A stretch of 64,000 nt of DNA, taken from the NCBI GenBank assembly GCA_963825865.1, contig CAWGVG010000029.1, forward strand, positions 32,001 through 96,000. The letters run 5' to 3'. Shown here one piece after another: positions 1-10,709 of the stretch (position 1 is the first letter of the stretch; each line of letters starts with the position of its first letter). The notes under the pieces were generated by a model, which was not told the origin of the DNA, did no database searches, and saw only the letters and a list, made by a program, of their open reading frames with translations. The DNA comes from an uncultured Nitrososphaeraceae archaeon. GTDB lineage: Archaea; Thermoproteota; Nitrososphaeria; Nitrososphaerales; Nitrososphaeraceae. The position numbers and the translations under genes were made by a program.

Positions 1-189
1 TACGTTTAAACCATCCAGAGGTGTTTCTCCATATTGTCCCTTATGTATATGGTACACAAGAACTCCATCGCAATCACCAAAAGTCGGAGTCTGGGCGAAC
101 TCGCATGGACATGGTATGTTGCATTTGCAAACATCAAACCAACCTCCAGAAACCATCCACTTCGGGATATCAGTAGTAATAGTCGCCAT
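1..189 (-). CDS. DUF1326 family protein, N-terminal part (runs off the window edge)
   Basis: Manual translation from ATG at 189: MATITTDIPKWMVSGGWFDVCKCNIPCPCEFAQTPTFGDCDGVLVYHIHKGQYGETPLDGLNV; the CxCxxPCPC...C pattern is typical of DUF1326. Not in the ORF track. Confidence 0.85.
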   Translation of the reverse strand, partial: MATITTDIPKWMVSGGWFDVCKCNIPCPCEFAQTPTFGDCDGVLVYHIHKGQYGETPLDGLNV

Positions 190-388
190 ATCGCTAAGTA
201 CCAGGATAACTATTTTAGCATTACATGTATTTTGATTTGGGTCTTAGTAGAAGCAAGGAAGATCATTGTCTTGTTACTCGCAATGCATAAAACTAACTTT
301 TATCTAATAACTATGTAAAGAAATTGCAGCTTGTCCTAAGCAGGAAAATGGAACGCCATTGTAAAAAGAGGATAGGAGAATAGAACAT

Positions 389-898
389 TTGAACTCGCAT
401 ATGGAACAACAATCAATACAATGGAGAAGAGATAAAGTCCAGGAGTTAAGTAGTCAAGGCAATAGTCAAAGAGAGATATCTAAAATATTGCAAGTTGGCA
501 TAGGTACGGTAAACAGAGATTTATCTTACCTTCGACAGCAAGCTAAAGAAAATATCAGAAGATACATTGACGAAAGGCTTCCAGAAGAGTACACGAGAAA
601 TGTCTGGTCGGGTTAACAGTAATTCTAAGGGAAGCATGGAGTATTTCACAGCAGGCAGAAGACAGGAGAGAGAAGATACAAGCATTATCATTAGCCAAGG
701 AGTGTTATTCTATGAAACTTGATCTCAACTAATGCTACAGTAGTAGATGATTCTATTAGGTTTGTTGAGCACTCTAGTGATAAGTTGACATCAAAGAAAG
801 AAGAAAGTAAAGGAGCTGATTATAACTGCAAAAACAGAGAATTAGAAGAGGATCAGGCAGAACAAACTCGAAATACGGTTACAAACCAAGTCTTTTGA
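389..898 (+). CDS. HTH DNA-binding protein of a family common in Nitrososphaeraceae, frameshifted
   Basis: WRRDKVQELSSQGNSQREISKILQVGIGTVNRDL HTH; homology continues in another frame (CLVGLTVILREAWSISQQAEDRREKIQALSLAKECYSMKLDL). Confidence 0.7.
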
Positions 899-978
899 AC
901 TTTATGTTTAACGGGCTACTATTTTTAAATAGTATAGTCATTTAAAAATCAAGATTCCGCTACATTATTCGATTAAAT

Positions 979-1125
979 ATGTTAGGAGACTTGATCTATG
1001 AAGCAAAAGGTAAGGTTACCGGTATTAGAGTATTGGATGTTGAAGGAGGAGTACCAAAGGTAGAAACTACTATTTCACAGAATGGTAATTTGAGAGAAGG
1101 AACTGATGCGGCTAATTTGTGCAGC
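979..1125 (+). pseudogene. 5' fragment of a conserved hypothetical protein (MLGDLIYEAKGKVTGIRVLDV...)
   Basis: N-terminus resembles a common thaumarchaeal hypothetical family; it breaks off after about 45 codons where an oppositely oriented ORF begins. Confidence 0.55.
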
Positions 1126-1950
1126 TTAATGGTGGAAATCGCACCTAATCTGGCTCGTTCATTCCCAAAATAGTCGTAATTATCTTCTCCTACTGCCCGT
1201 AATTCTATTTTTATGTCTCTGGCGGTCGGTATCTGTAATGTCTCAACAGGATTAGAGGCAGATTGTCTGCTAATGTCGATATCAGACAGTAAGGCACAAT
1301 CTATAAAATCCAAGTCCAAATCATAAGGCCTATTCAAATCTGCGGGAAATAATCGGGTTGTTTTGTACCACTCGACAAAACCTTCATTATCTTTTCCTAA
1401 CGGATTAAGATCAAAGTCGGGCGTTCTTACCAAAACCCGTATGGATAAAATAGGCGTATCAATATCTGGTCATGAGGGGTCGGTTACATCGGTGGCAGCA
1501 AGACCTCTATTGCCTTGTTGAATAGACAATAATTCTGCTCGAACGTTGGGATATCTCTTTTTTTCTTCTTTGCATCAGCAATTCCTTTTCAAAGTCCGGG
1601 AGCAATTACGTCTTTGTGTTGTTGTTGTTGAGGACCAGTTCAGTTATACCCGGGTATCATTCCTGCTAAGCTGATCTGTACTGTTCTCTTGTGCATTTAT
1701 TGGGTAAAGTGCCTTGGCAGAACTTGCTCCAAATGTCGCTCCTCTTGTTATTGATACTGTGTAATTAATAAATAATTTGGGTTGAGTATACTTCTAGTAA
1801 ACGAACGTTCTCTACCCACACTGTGTATACCTTTGCAACATGCTTTCTGGATAGTTCAAACTTTTTTGCTTTCTTGTTGATTTTCCGTTAAGATCAATCT
1901 TGTCTACGATGACCTTCGTTTTAGTTGCAATGAATTCAAGTGCCCATTAT
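1110..1950 (-). pseudogene. Degraded hypothetical gene
   Basis: ORF 996..1433 plus upstream coding-like pieces broken by stops and frameshifts; no recognisable family. Confidence 0.35.
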
Positions 1951-2411
1951 TTGTCTGATTTTCTATATGATGCGAAACTATGTATATTCCAGCTCAAGTT
2001 ATGCAATACTTTTTTTCTTTAGTTAGTGATATTCAGTTAGTAATACCTTCACTATGGTACTATCGTAACGGAAGTGTCGGTATATTAGATATACCCTGAA
2101 AGGGAACAACTACAACTAATACAAAATCAGAAGGGGCAGATGAAGGAGAAATTAAATCTAGCAGAGAACAGCACTATGAGCTATGAAAAGGTAAAGTGCT
2201 GCAAAGATTGCAAGCATAGTACACACATGGTATTATGCTTAAATCACAATACCTCTATTTTGAGTTCAAACTAAAAATAACTAGTAGCAGGTGGTAACAG
2301 ATGAAAGCAGATGGAAACAAGGAGGCAGCAGGGATAATAATATTGGTAGCAGGTGGTAGCAGCTTTATCATTCTTTTTTATTTCGTATTTATTATAACCA
2401 TATAGGGATAT

Positions 2412-3535
2412 ATGGTATCAACAAGACAGCAAAGGGAAAAGCTTGTTTTAGATCTTTATCATAATCAAGGCAAAAACACACGCGAGATAGCTGAAGAAGC
2501 CAGAATGTCATTTAGTGCGATAGGCGCAATTCTGAAAAAGGCAGAGGAAGAAAAGGAGCCACAGGGCGAGCAAGAACAAAAGCTGTCTCTAGCCTCCCAA
2601 GCTTACAAACTATATTCCGAACGTAAAAAAACTCTGGCACAAGTAGCTATTGCATTGAACCTAAGAGAGCCTGAAGTAACCAAATTCTACATGGAGTACT
2701 GTAAGCTAACTCAACTTGACAGCCTTTGTCGGATTTATGATAAAATTAAAGATGACATTTATCTTTTTGTAAAGTTGTATATGCTGTCTAAGGCGGCACG
2801 TATGAGTACACAAGATGTGGTTAACCTTCTTACAGTTGCTAATAATGAGCTACCATCAGTGGAATATAGATGTGAAAAACTCAAAAGAGAAGCATCCCTA
2901 AAAGCTGGTAATCAGAATTCAGCCAGAACTCTTCAGGAATTGAGCTATCTAATATCAACTACACGCAACACCTTGGATCAATATGGGTTATCCTGTAAAC
3001 AACGAAGATTAGAGATGGACAACACAAACAAAGAATATACAATGATAAAGGGCCTTTGTAAAAGACTTTCGGGATAACAATGAAGAATATGTCAAAATCA
3101 AACAGACAGTTAAAAGAGAAGTCGAAAGCATTCTAACAGCTCGCAGACATTTATTGAAATTGGCTGTTCTATCTATAGTCGGTTCCTTACGAAAAGATTC
3201 CCGGAAGTTTTATGCATTGTATTATAATATGTCCTCCTCTTCTGCAAAATCATCATCCTTACCAAAAACAACTAGCGACGTGAGTCAACAACACTATAAT
3301 TATGTACCATTTATGAATGAACAAAATTTGCCCAGTCATCGATTACAGCAACGAAGAGATTTGCGAGAAGATATTGTTAGATGAATCTGAGGAGCTTTAT
3401 GACAAAATTGTAGAAGACCTTACAAATAAGACCATTAGTGATGTAGCAAGTGACAGTAAATCATCATTATCATTGTCATTAGCCCACAATGAACTATCAG
3501 GTTTACAAAAATCTCGGATGATGCGAGATATGTAA
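2412..3535 (+). CDS. HTH / coiled-coil protein (expanded Nitrososphaeraceae family), frameshifted
   Basis: N-terminal HTH (GKNTREIAEEARMSFSAIGAIL), second HTH-like segment (LAQVAIALNLREPEV); continues in ORFs 3154..3384 and 3317..3535. Confidence 0.7.
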
Positions 3536-4009
3536 GATAACGATATAAGAATTCTGATTGATCCGCTACTGTAGCGGATGTCATCATCAAATTGCAAGAG
3601 ATAACAATACTAACTCTTAATTATGTTGGTTTTAACTAACGTTTGCAATGCTTTAAAAATATAAAACAGAATAATATTCTTCATAACTCAAGAGAAGCCG
3701 ACTCCTGATAATGAGTTGATGTACATTGACACAATATTATGATAATAATAATTTTATCATATTAACTTATTTCGTTATGAAAATTTCATAAAATCTCATT
3801 GTTGCGAAATTAATTGTCAGATATTCCTTCTTGAATGCTAATATTTAGAACAATGCTGATAATTGTAAAGTGTGATAATAGCTATATTGTTATACGGTCA
3901 GGTCTAGCGGGGATGTACGTAAAATATGAAATGGAAAACGATACTGGTGGTGATAGCAGCGATAGCAACCATGTAAGTTTAAATCTTAAAATATTAATAA
4001 AAAGTAATA

Positions 4010-4393
4010 TTACATTACAATTAATTTAACATTATCAATCTTTTTGTTAGACTGAAACTTTTTTATCATATCTCTAATTTCGTTTGCGTCACCTTTTAAA
4101 AGAAAAATCTCAAGACATCTGTCTCTGTCAATCTTACTATGTAAATGTGTATTTATTAGTTTATCATAAGCATGTCTTAACTCGGTCATCTCTTCATCAG
4201 ATTTCTCATCGTGAATTGCTAGAAGTAAAGCATGAAGTAATCCAGTTAAGTCCTGTCTTGTTCTCTCTTCAGATAACAAATTTCTTACTCCTGCTCGAAC
4301 TATTTCTGATCTTCCTGAAAAACCAAGTAATTTTTGTAACTTCTCCATCTCACTTAGAATTTCGTTATTCAATGATACACTAACGATGGTCAA
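4010..4393 (-). CDS. nikR: NikR-family (RHH + metal-binding domain) transcriptional regulator
   Basis: N-terminal RHH (IVSVSL...GFSGRSEIVR); NikR metal-site residues present (RH...THLH...CLE). Confidence 0.88.
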   Translation of the reverse strand: MTIVSVSLNNEILSEMEKLQKLLGFSGRSEIVRAGVRNLLSEERTRQDLTGLLHALLLAIHDEKSDEEMTELRHAYDKLINTHLHSKIDRDRCLEIFLLKGDANEIRDMIKKFQSNKKIDNVKLIVM

Positions 4394-4683
4394 GATGATG
4401 CTCAGATATTATTAACTAATATAAGTGTTTAAATATATATATTAATAAATTCTGGCTTAGATATTAATAACATTAAAAGACAATTTTATTTTTTAACTAG
4501 AAATTTTGGATAAATTATTTTTGTTGTAAGTAGGAAAATTTTAAAAAAGTAACAAGATAACAAATTATAGCGTTAGGATCTATTCAATTGTAGTCAACTC
4601 AGATTATTAACTTATTTATATAGATTTAATTAAAGATTATTAACAAAAGTATATATTATTATTAAATACAAGTAGAGGAGTTA

Positions 4684-5677
4684 ATGAAACAGCCGACACA
4701 GATATCAATAGCAATATCAGGTATAGCAATTTTGCTTTATTCTACTATATTAGCAATATTACCTTTCAACTTGTACATCGGCTAATTCTATAACTTTTAT
4801 CAATGGTACAAATACCAATAATAGTATCTCCAACAGCAATGCCTTTAATCATACAAAACTAAAAGTTGTTGCATCCTTCTTTCCAATTTATGAATTTGTT
4901 AAATCTGTAGGAAGAGATAGGGTAGATGCATCAGTCTTTATTCCTGTTGGTTCAGAGCCTCATGACTTTGATCCCACTATACAGCAAATACAGAATGCGA
5001 ACTCGGCAGATATGTTGGCATACAATGGTGCGGGAATGGAGGCCACATGGATAAATAAATTAAGTCCAAAATTTGTGGTAGATACTAGCAACGGAATAAA
5101 TTTGCTTGTAGCCAATGGCCTCGATATTCATGCACCAACCGATCCACACATTTGGTTGGATCCAATTCTAGCAATACAACAAGTTGAAAATATTCGTGAT
5201 GGACTGATAAAGGTAGATCCAAAGAATGCAGTATACTATAATCAGAATGCTGAGAAGTTTATCGGACAACTTAAAGCTTTAGATGCTTCTATAAGGTCAC
5301 AACTCTCTATCTCTAACTGTGAAAAAAGAGACTTTGTAGCATTCCATCAAGCCTTTGAGTATTTTGCAAAAAGATATGGATTAAATCAGCATAGCATTCA
5401 TGAAGGACTAACACCAGAAGGAGAAATACTGCCACAAAGACTAGTTCAAGTTGTACAACTTGCACATAATTTAGGAATAAATGTCATTTACTCCGAGGAT
5501 TTGATTGACCCCCGTTCCTCACAAGCAATCGCTCAAGAAATTCCTAATGGTAAAGTAATAGTCCTAAGTCCAATTGAAGGTATAAACAAACAAGAACAAC
5601 GAGATGGCATTGGATATCTGGATAAGATGAATCAAGACACATCATCCCTTAAGGTAGGCCTTCAATGCAAAAAGTAG
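4684..5677 (+). CDS. znuA: Zn/Mn ABC transporter substrate-binding protein (5' frameshift)
   Basis: ATG at 4684 with signal peptide, then KLKVVASFFPIYEF...EPHDF in frame with ORF 5012; DPHIWLDP and FHQAFEYF motifs. Confidence 0.88.
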
Positions 5678-6477
5678 CAGCAGAAGCAGCTGTTGTTGTA
5701 GTCAATAACGTAGCGTATACCTACAACGCTTCTTTTCTTGTTTTAAATAATATTTCATTTACTGTAAATGAAGGCGACCTATTGGGAATAATCGGTCCTA
5801 ATGGTGCTGGTAAGAGTACATTGTTTAAGTGTATGCTTGGAATAGTCGAAAATTATAAAGGTCAGATTACAATATTTGGTGAAAATATCAGAAAAAATAT
5901 TAAAGTTCTTCAAGGAATTGGTTATATACCTCAGCAAAGATCAATTGAACAAACATTTCCTGCGACAGTCGAAGAAATCGTTTCATTAGGGATAACTCGA
6001 AAAAAGACTGATTCGTATTCAAAGAACAAAGAGAAAATAATTTCTGCCATTAAGACCGTCGACTTATCTCCACAGAAAAACAAAAGAATTGGTGAACTTT
6101 CTGGAGGACAACAACAAAGAGTACTTATTGCAAAATCACTGGTAAATGATCCTAAATTGTTGATCTTGGATGAACCTACTACAAGCGTTGATCAAGAAAC
6201 ACAAAATAAATTCTATGGTCTGATAAAGAAGATAAATAAGGAGAAAAAGATTTCTATCATCTGGGCTTCCCATGATCTGGATGCAGTAAGTAAATTGGCA
6301 AACAAGGTGGCTTGTATTAACAGGAGTATGTTCTTTCATGGTGATACACATGAATTCTTTGAAAATGAAAAATTGTTGAAAATCTATTCAGAGTCATCTA
6401 TGCAAGCACATATGCAAGTACATTTGAATAAGGATGATTTCAATAATAACAGTAACAACTACAATACTCGGGATTAA
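5665..6477 (+). CDS. znuC: Metal ABC transporter ATP-binding protein
   Basis: GPNGAGKST, LSGGQQQR, LILDEPT, SHD motifs. Confidence 0.93.
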   Translation: MQKVAAEAAVVVVNNVAYTYNASFLVLNNISFTVNEGDLLGIIGPNGAGKSTLFKCMLGIVENYKGQITIFGENIRKNIKVLQGIGYIPQQRSIEQTFPATVEEIVSLGITRKKTDSYSKNKEKIISAIKTVDLSPQKNKRIGELSGGQQQRVLIAKSLVNDPKLLILDEPTTSVDQETQNKFYGLIKKINKEKKISIIWASHDLDAVSKLANKVACINRSMFFHGDTHEFFENEKLLKIYSESSMQAHMQVHLNKDDFNNNSNNYNTRD

Positions 6478-6483
6478 ATTATC

Positions 6484-7329
6484 ATGGTGTTTGAAATTCT
6501 TCAGTATGGATTTATGCAACGTGCGTTAATGTCAGGAGTAGCTGTGGCTATAACTTGCTCAACAATAGGATTGTTTCTGGTGTTAAGGCGACAATCATTA
6601 TTTGCTGATGCTCTATCCCATATGGCATTTGGAGGAATAGCTATTGGTTTATTTGCAAATTTGTATCCTATATGGACAGCGTTTATAGTTTCAATTTTTG
6701 CAGCATTAGGTATTACTAAATTAAGAGAATCCACAAAAATCCCTCCTGATTCTGCTGTTGCAGTATTATTGTCAGCTGGACTCGCAGTCGGAGTTGTATT
6801 GATAGGTCTATCTGGTGGCTTTACTCTTGATTTGTATAGTTTTCTGTTTGGAAACATTTTACTAATAAGCATCTCGGATCAGGAAATAATTTTGGTAGCA
6901 AGCGCTGTAATATTGTCGATATTATATTTCGTTTATCGAAAACTCATGTATGTTGCCTTTGACGAGGAACAGGCAAAGGTTAGTGGGATAAATGTTTCAA
7001 GGCTTAACTACCTTTTCATTGTACTTGCAAGCATAACCGTAATTGCATCAATACGATTGGTTGGTGTGCTGCTAATATCATCATTAATCGTAATCCCAAA
7101 TATTACCGCCATAATGTTTGGAAAGGGTTTCAAAAAAACTGCATTAATATCTATCTCAATTGCCATCTTATCAGTGTTAATAGGTATAGTAATTTCATAT
7201 ATTATGAATTTGGCTCCTGGAGGAACAATTGTCCTTGTGTCAGTGACTGCTTTTCTTGCAACTATAACTGCAAAGTATTTAATCAACAGAATTATTGGAA
7301 CAAGAAGAACAGTTGTTACTACTAGTTAG
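6484..7329 (+). CDS. znuB: Metal ABC transporter permease (ABC-3)
   Basis: FMQRAL...DALSH...LFGNIL...AFDEEQAKVSG, multiple TM helices; in operon with znuA/C. Confidence 0.93.
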   Translation: MVFEILQYGFMQRALMSGVAVAITCSTIGLFLVLRRQSLFADALSHMAFGGIAIGLFANLYPIWTAFIVSIFAALGITKLRESTKIPPDSAVAVLLSAGLAVGVVLIGLSGGFTLDLYSFLFGNILLISISDQEIILVASAVILSILYFVYRKLMYVAFDEEQAKVSGINVSRLNYLFIVLASITVIASIRLVGVLLISSLIVIPNITAIMFGKGFKKTALISISIAILSVLIGIVISYIMNLAPGGTIVLVSVTAFLATITAKYLINRIIGTRRTVVTTS

Positions 7330-7837
7330 ATAGATGAACAGCGCTCTTTAAAGCCCTGTCGATATCTCTATGTCTTAAGACGTCATACCTTTTCTATGTG
7401 GGTATCAAGAAGAAACAAAACAACTTCAAAGTATATTTATTACACATTGCATCTATACTTTTCAGGTTTATGTTAACAATAACAACAAGGAAGATAATGC
7501 CTAACTTAGCGGTTACTATATACAAGAAGACCAAGAAGGAGATCTATCAAACAGAAAATTCTAATCCTTTTAAGAGTTTGACATTGAAGATTTGTTTGAG
7601 TTAAAGAAATTGCCTTTTGCAGTACCACACGTAAGACTGAGTGGTCTTTTGCTGCTAGTGTCATTTTATTTATTACCTTATCTATAAATACGCGCTTGCA
7701 CTTATTAAAAATATTGTTAATAATCAGTTATACAAATAATGGCTACGATAAACTAATCAACGTACGGGTACTACCAAGATTGACACTACAGATGCCTTGT
7801 AAAGAATGATGTAAATCAAATTAGAGAATGACTAAAC

Positions 7838-8896
7838 ATGTCAGTCCAACAAAAAGATGGACCGTATAAAATTAATTACAACATAAAAATGCCTCTGTTT
7901 TTCACTAGCCCAGTCGGTCTAGGTCATGCTACAAGAGATATTGCAATTGCTGAAAAACTAAAGGCAATGAGAAAGGAAATCATTTTTATTACTGGCGCAG
8001 GTGCATTTAGTTTAATTTCAAAGAAAGGTTTTTCTGTGCTTAATCTTTACGAACCTGTAAAGTTCTGTATAAAATCAGGAGAATTAAAAGAATCTTTCAA
8101 ATGGTTGATGAAATATCTTTCATATTACAAAAAATGCAAGATGATCGCAGAAGATCTTCTCAAAAAATACGATGGTCTGATAATAAGTGATGAAGATTTC
8201 GCTTCTATTGCTATTGGTGAGAAGATGGATCGGAGGCGAATTTTAATTACAGACATAACTGAGACGCACTTTACTACTAGCCTGCTTGCGTCAATAGTTG
8301 AAAAGAAGATGAATAAAATAATGCAAAAAATGATAGATAAATGCAATTATGTTATTATCCCCGCATACGGTGATGATAAAGATAATTTAGTTTATGTTGG
8401 ACCAATAGTTAGAGAAGTCAGTGCTGATAGGAACACTTTGCGTAAAAAATTTGGTTTTAATAAAAAGACTATTGTGATAAGTATAGGCGGAACCGATGCT
8501 GGAAGACATCTGATCGAAAAGTCGCTAGAAGTATACAGAAGACTCAGAAAAAAGATGGATATCGATCTCATAATTGTTTCAGGTCCATTAGTAAAAATGA
8601 CAGATTCTGCAGAATTCCACAATGCTGGATTTGTAGACAACTTACATGAATATATCTACGCAGCAGATTTAGTAATTTCTCTTGCAGGAAGATCAACCAT
8701 GGATGAATCAATTGTATACGGCACACCTGGGATATTTATTCCCATAAAAAACCATTTTGAACAACAAGAAGGTGCAAAGCGTCTAGGCTACAGGTATGAA
8801 GATATTTTTAGACTTGATGCTCTTATTGAGGAGAAACTCGGTTCACGTAGTAATGTTGTAGTAAATTCGGACGGCGCAGAAAAGGCTCTAAAATAA
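7838..8896 (+). CDS. Glycosyltransferase family 28-like (MurG-related)
   Basis: GLGHATR N-terminal motif, ISIGGT, ADLVISLAGRSTMDES, HFEQ. Confidence 0.85.
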   Translation: MSVQQKDGPYKINYNIKMPLFFTSPVGLGHATRDIAIAEKLKAMRKEIIFITGAGAFSLISKKGFSVLNLYEPVKFCIKSGELKESFKWLMKYLSYYKKCKMIAEDLLKKYDGLIISDEDFASIAIGEKMDRRRILITDITETHFTTSLLASIVEKKMNKIMQKMIDKCNYVIIPAYGDDKDNLVYVGPIVREVSADRNTLRKKFGFNKKTIVISIGGTDAGRHLIEKSLEVYRRLRKKMDIDLIIVSGPLVKMTDSAEFHNAGFVDNLHEYIYAADLVISLAGRSTMDESIVYGTPGIFIPIKNHFEQQEGAKRLGYRYEDIFRLDALIEEKLGSRSNVVVNSDGAEKALK

Positions 8897-9335
8897 TTTT
8901 AAAATTGTTTTGAATATCAATATCAATCTATCGAAATTATTATTCTTGTCTGTGAGTTAAAAGATAGTTTGTCGCTATTCTGTACATCTATTCTTCTTTT
9001 TCTTGGGCAAGGCCCTAGTCAAAGCCCTTGAACCAAAACGGACCCCTTGCCTATCGTCTTTTCGCAGACCGACTGCTAGCAATAGTAAATGTCATAATTA
9101 GCAACAAAAAATTACTTATTATCTGGTATGCTACTTAACAGTAGATCTACAGTACTTGTCGCAGGCTAACCTGTTCCAACACTTTCTGTTGCTGTTGTAT
9201 TTTAGTAATGAGAAGTTCAGAGAAAACTTTGGCAAATTTACAGGATTAATATATACTTTTTTCAGGTTTGTAGTCCAATTATCATTTATTGCATTATACA
9301 CTTTAAATAAACAGATTTATTATTCTTATTATAAT

Positions 9336-9950
9336 ATGTTCAAACTTATTTCATTGCTATGCATTGCAATGATAATGATTTCTTTATCTTTGATCGCTAA
9401 TTGTTCTACTACTATATCACAAGCATCAGCTCTTTTCGATATAACATCTCCAACAGCCAACATCAATACTAATAATTTCTTAACGTACCAAGACTCTACT
9501 TTAGGAATAAAAATAGATTATCCTGCTGGTTGGACACATGAACTTCATGCTGGTAGTATTGTTACCTTTCTTGCAAGTCTAGAAAGCCATTCAAATACAT
9601 ACCCTGCAGGACTCGGAATAAAAGTTCAACATCTAAAATCAAAAAACATATCATTAAATAATATCACAAAGATACAAATCAAGAACTTAACACAAAGCCA
9701 TCCTGATTTTAAACTTATCGAATCAACAGAATCTAAGATAGGAGGTAATAGTGGGCACAAGATAGTATTCACAGCGACAGACAATAAGAAAAATGAAAGA
9801 AAAGCAATGCAAATTTGGGCACTAAGAGGAGATAAGGCATACCTCATTACATATAAAGCAGAGCCCGGAGAATACGCTAAATACTTACCACTGATACAAA
9901 AAATGGTTGATTCTTTTCAATTTACTCGGTATGATTCAGAAGAAAGATAA
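9336..9950 (+). CDS. Secreted PsbP-related protein
   Basis: Signal peptide from MFKLISLL; FLTYQDSTLGIKIDYPAGW...KAYLITY...YLPLIQKMVDSFQF PsbP-like pattern. Confidence 0.8.
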   Translation: MFKLISLLCIAMIMISLSLIANCSTTISQASALFDITSPTANINTNNFLTYQDSTLGIKIDYPAGWTHELHAGSIVTFLASLESHSNTYPAGLGIKVQHLKSKNISLNNITKIQIKNLTQSHPDFKLIESTESKIGGNSGHKIVFTATDNKKNERKAMQIWALRGDKAYLITYKAEPGEYAKYLPLIQKMVDSFQFTRYDSEER

Positions 9951-10170
9951 AATAAAGTATGGAACAACAACCATACCTTATTACATTATTAAAAGTAAAC
10001 GCATCAAAACTTCTGAAATCATAGTAGATGTATACAACATTACGATAAGGCCCCCGATTAAGATCTGTCCGAAATTCATAGAACCCGTTTTAGATAAAGC
10101 CACCTGGATATTGAACAAACAGAAAGAATACAAAGAAACGATCCCTACAAATCATACAACCATCATTTGA
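9931..10170 (+). pseudogene. N-terminal fragment of M48/YgjP (DUF45)-like metalloprotease
   Basis: IKYGTTTIPYYIIKSKRIKTSEIIVD...KATWILNKQ; no downstream HExxH domain. Confidence 0.6.
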
Positions 10171-10709
10171 AGAAAATTCGACTTTATGGAACGCAGCCAC
10201 ATTCTAGGCTTATCATCACAAATTTAGATAATACTCTATATGAAGTACAAGACCACAATGCGAGTACAAGATTACAGCTACTACGTAAAAGATACAACAC
10301 ATTCAAAAGATTGAAATACAAATACGTTGCTGTTAGTATTCTAGACTGACTCGTTTCTTTAGGTCTTGAAGGCCACTATTTGGTTATTACAAGCATGGTA
10401 GCTTTAGGTCTTACTCTGAATTACTCATATTGTAGTTTCCCAGATTTATCTATGACAAACCTAACTGTGATTAATTTTACTGTTTTTACCAAATCGACTA
10501 ATAGGATGGGTTCTCTCCGAAAAACAGTCAGCCGCTTCTAATGTTCGAAATAACTTATTAAATTGATTACGGTATTCCTTATATTCTATGACGGCTGGTA
10601 TAACCATTTTAAGATCAAACCTATAAAAAATATAAAAATTAATCTGATATCAATATATATTGCAATACCTAACCATTAGACTTAACTGGCTCCTCTTTGC
10701 AGTATTGAT

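Noticed and set aside
34-318. Plus-strand 94-aa ORF
   Set aside because: Shadow of the DUF1326 gene on the minus strand.
9005-9052. GGCAAGG…CCTTGCC inverted repeat as an ncRNA
   Set aside because: Single 7-bp stem with no other support; may lie in a decayed minus-strand gene.
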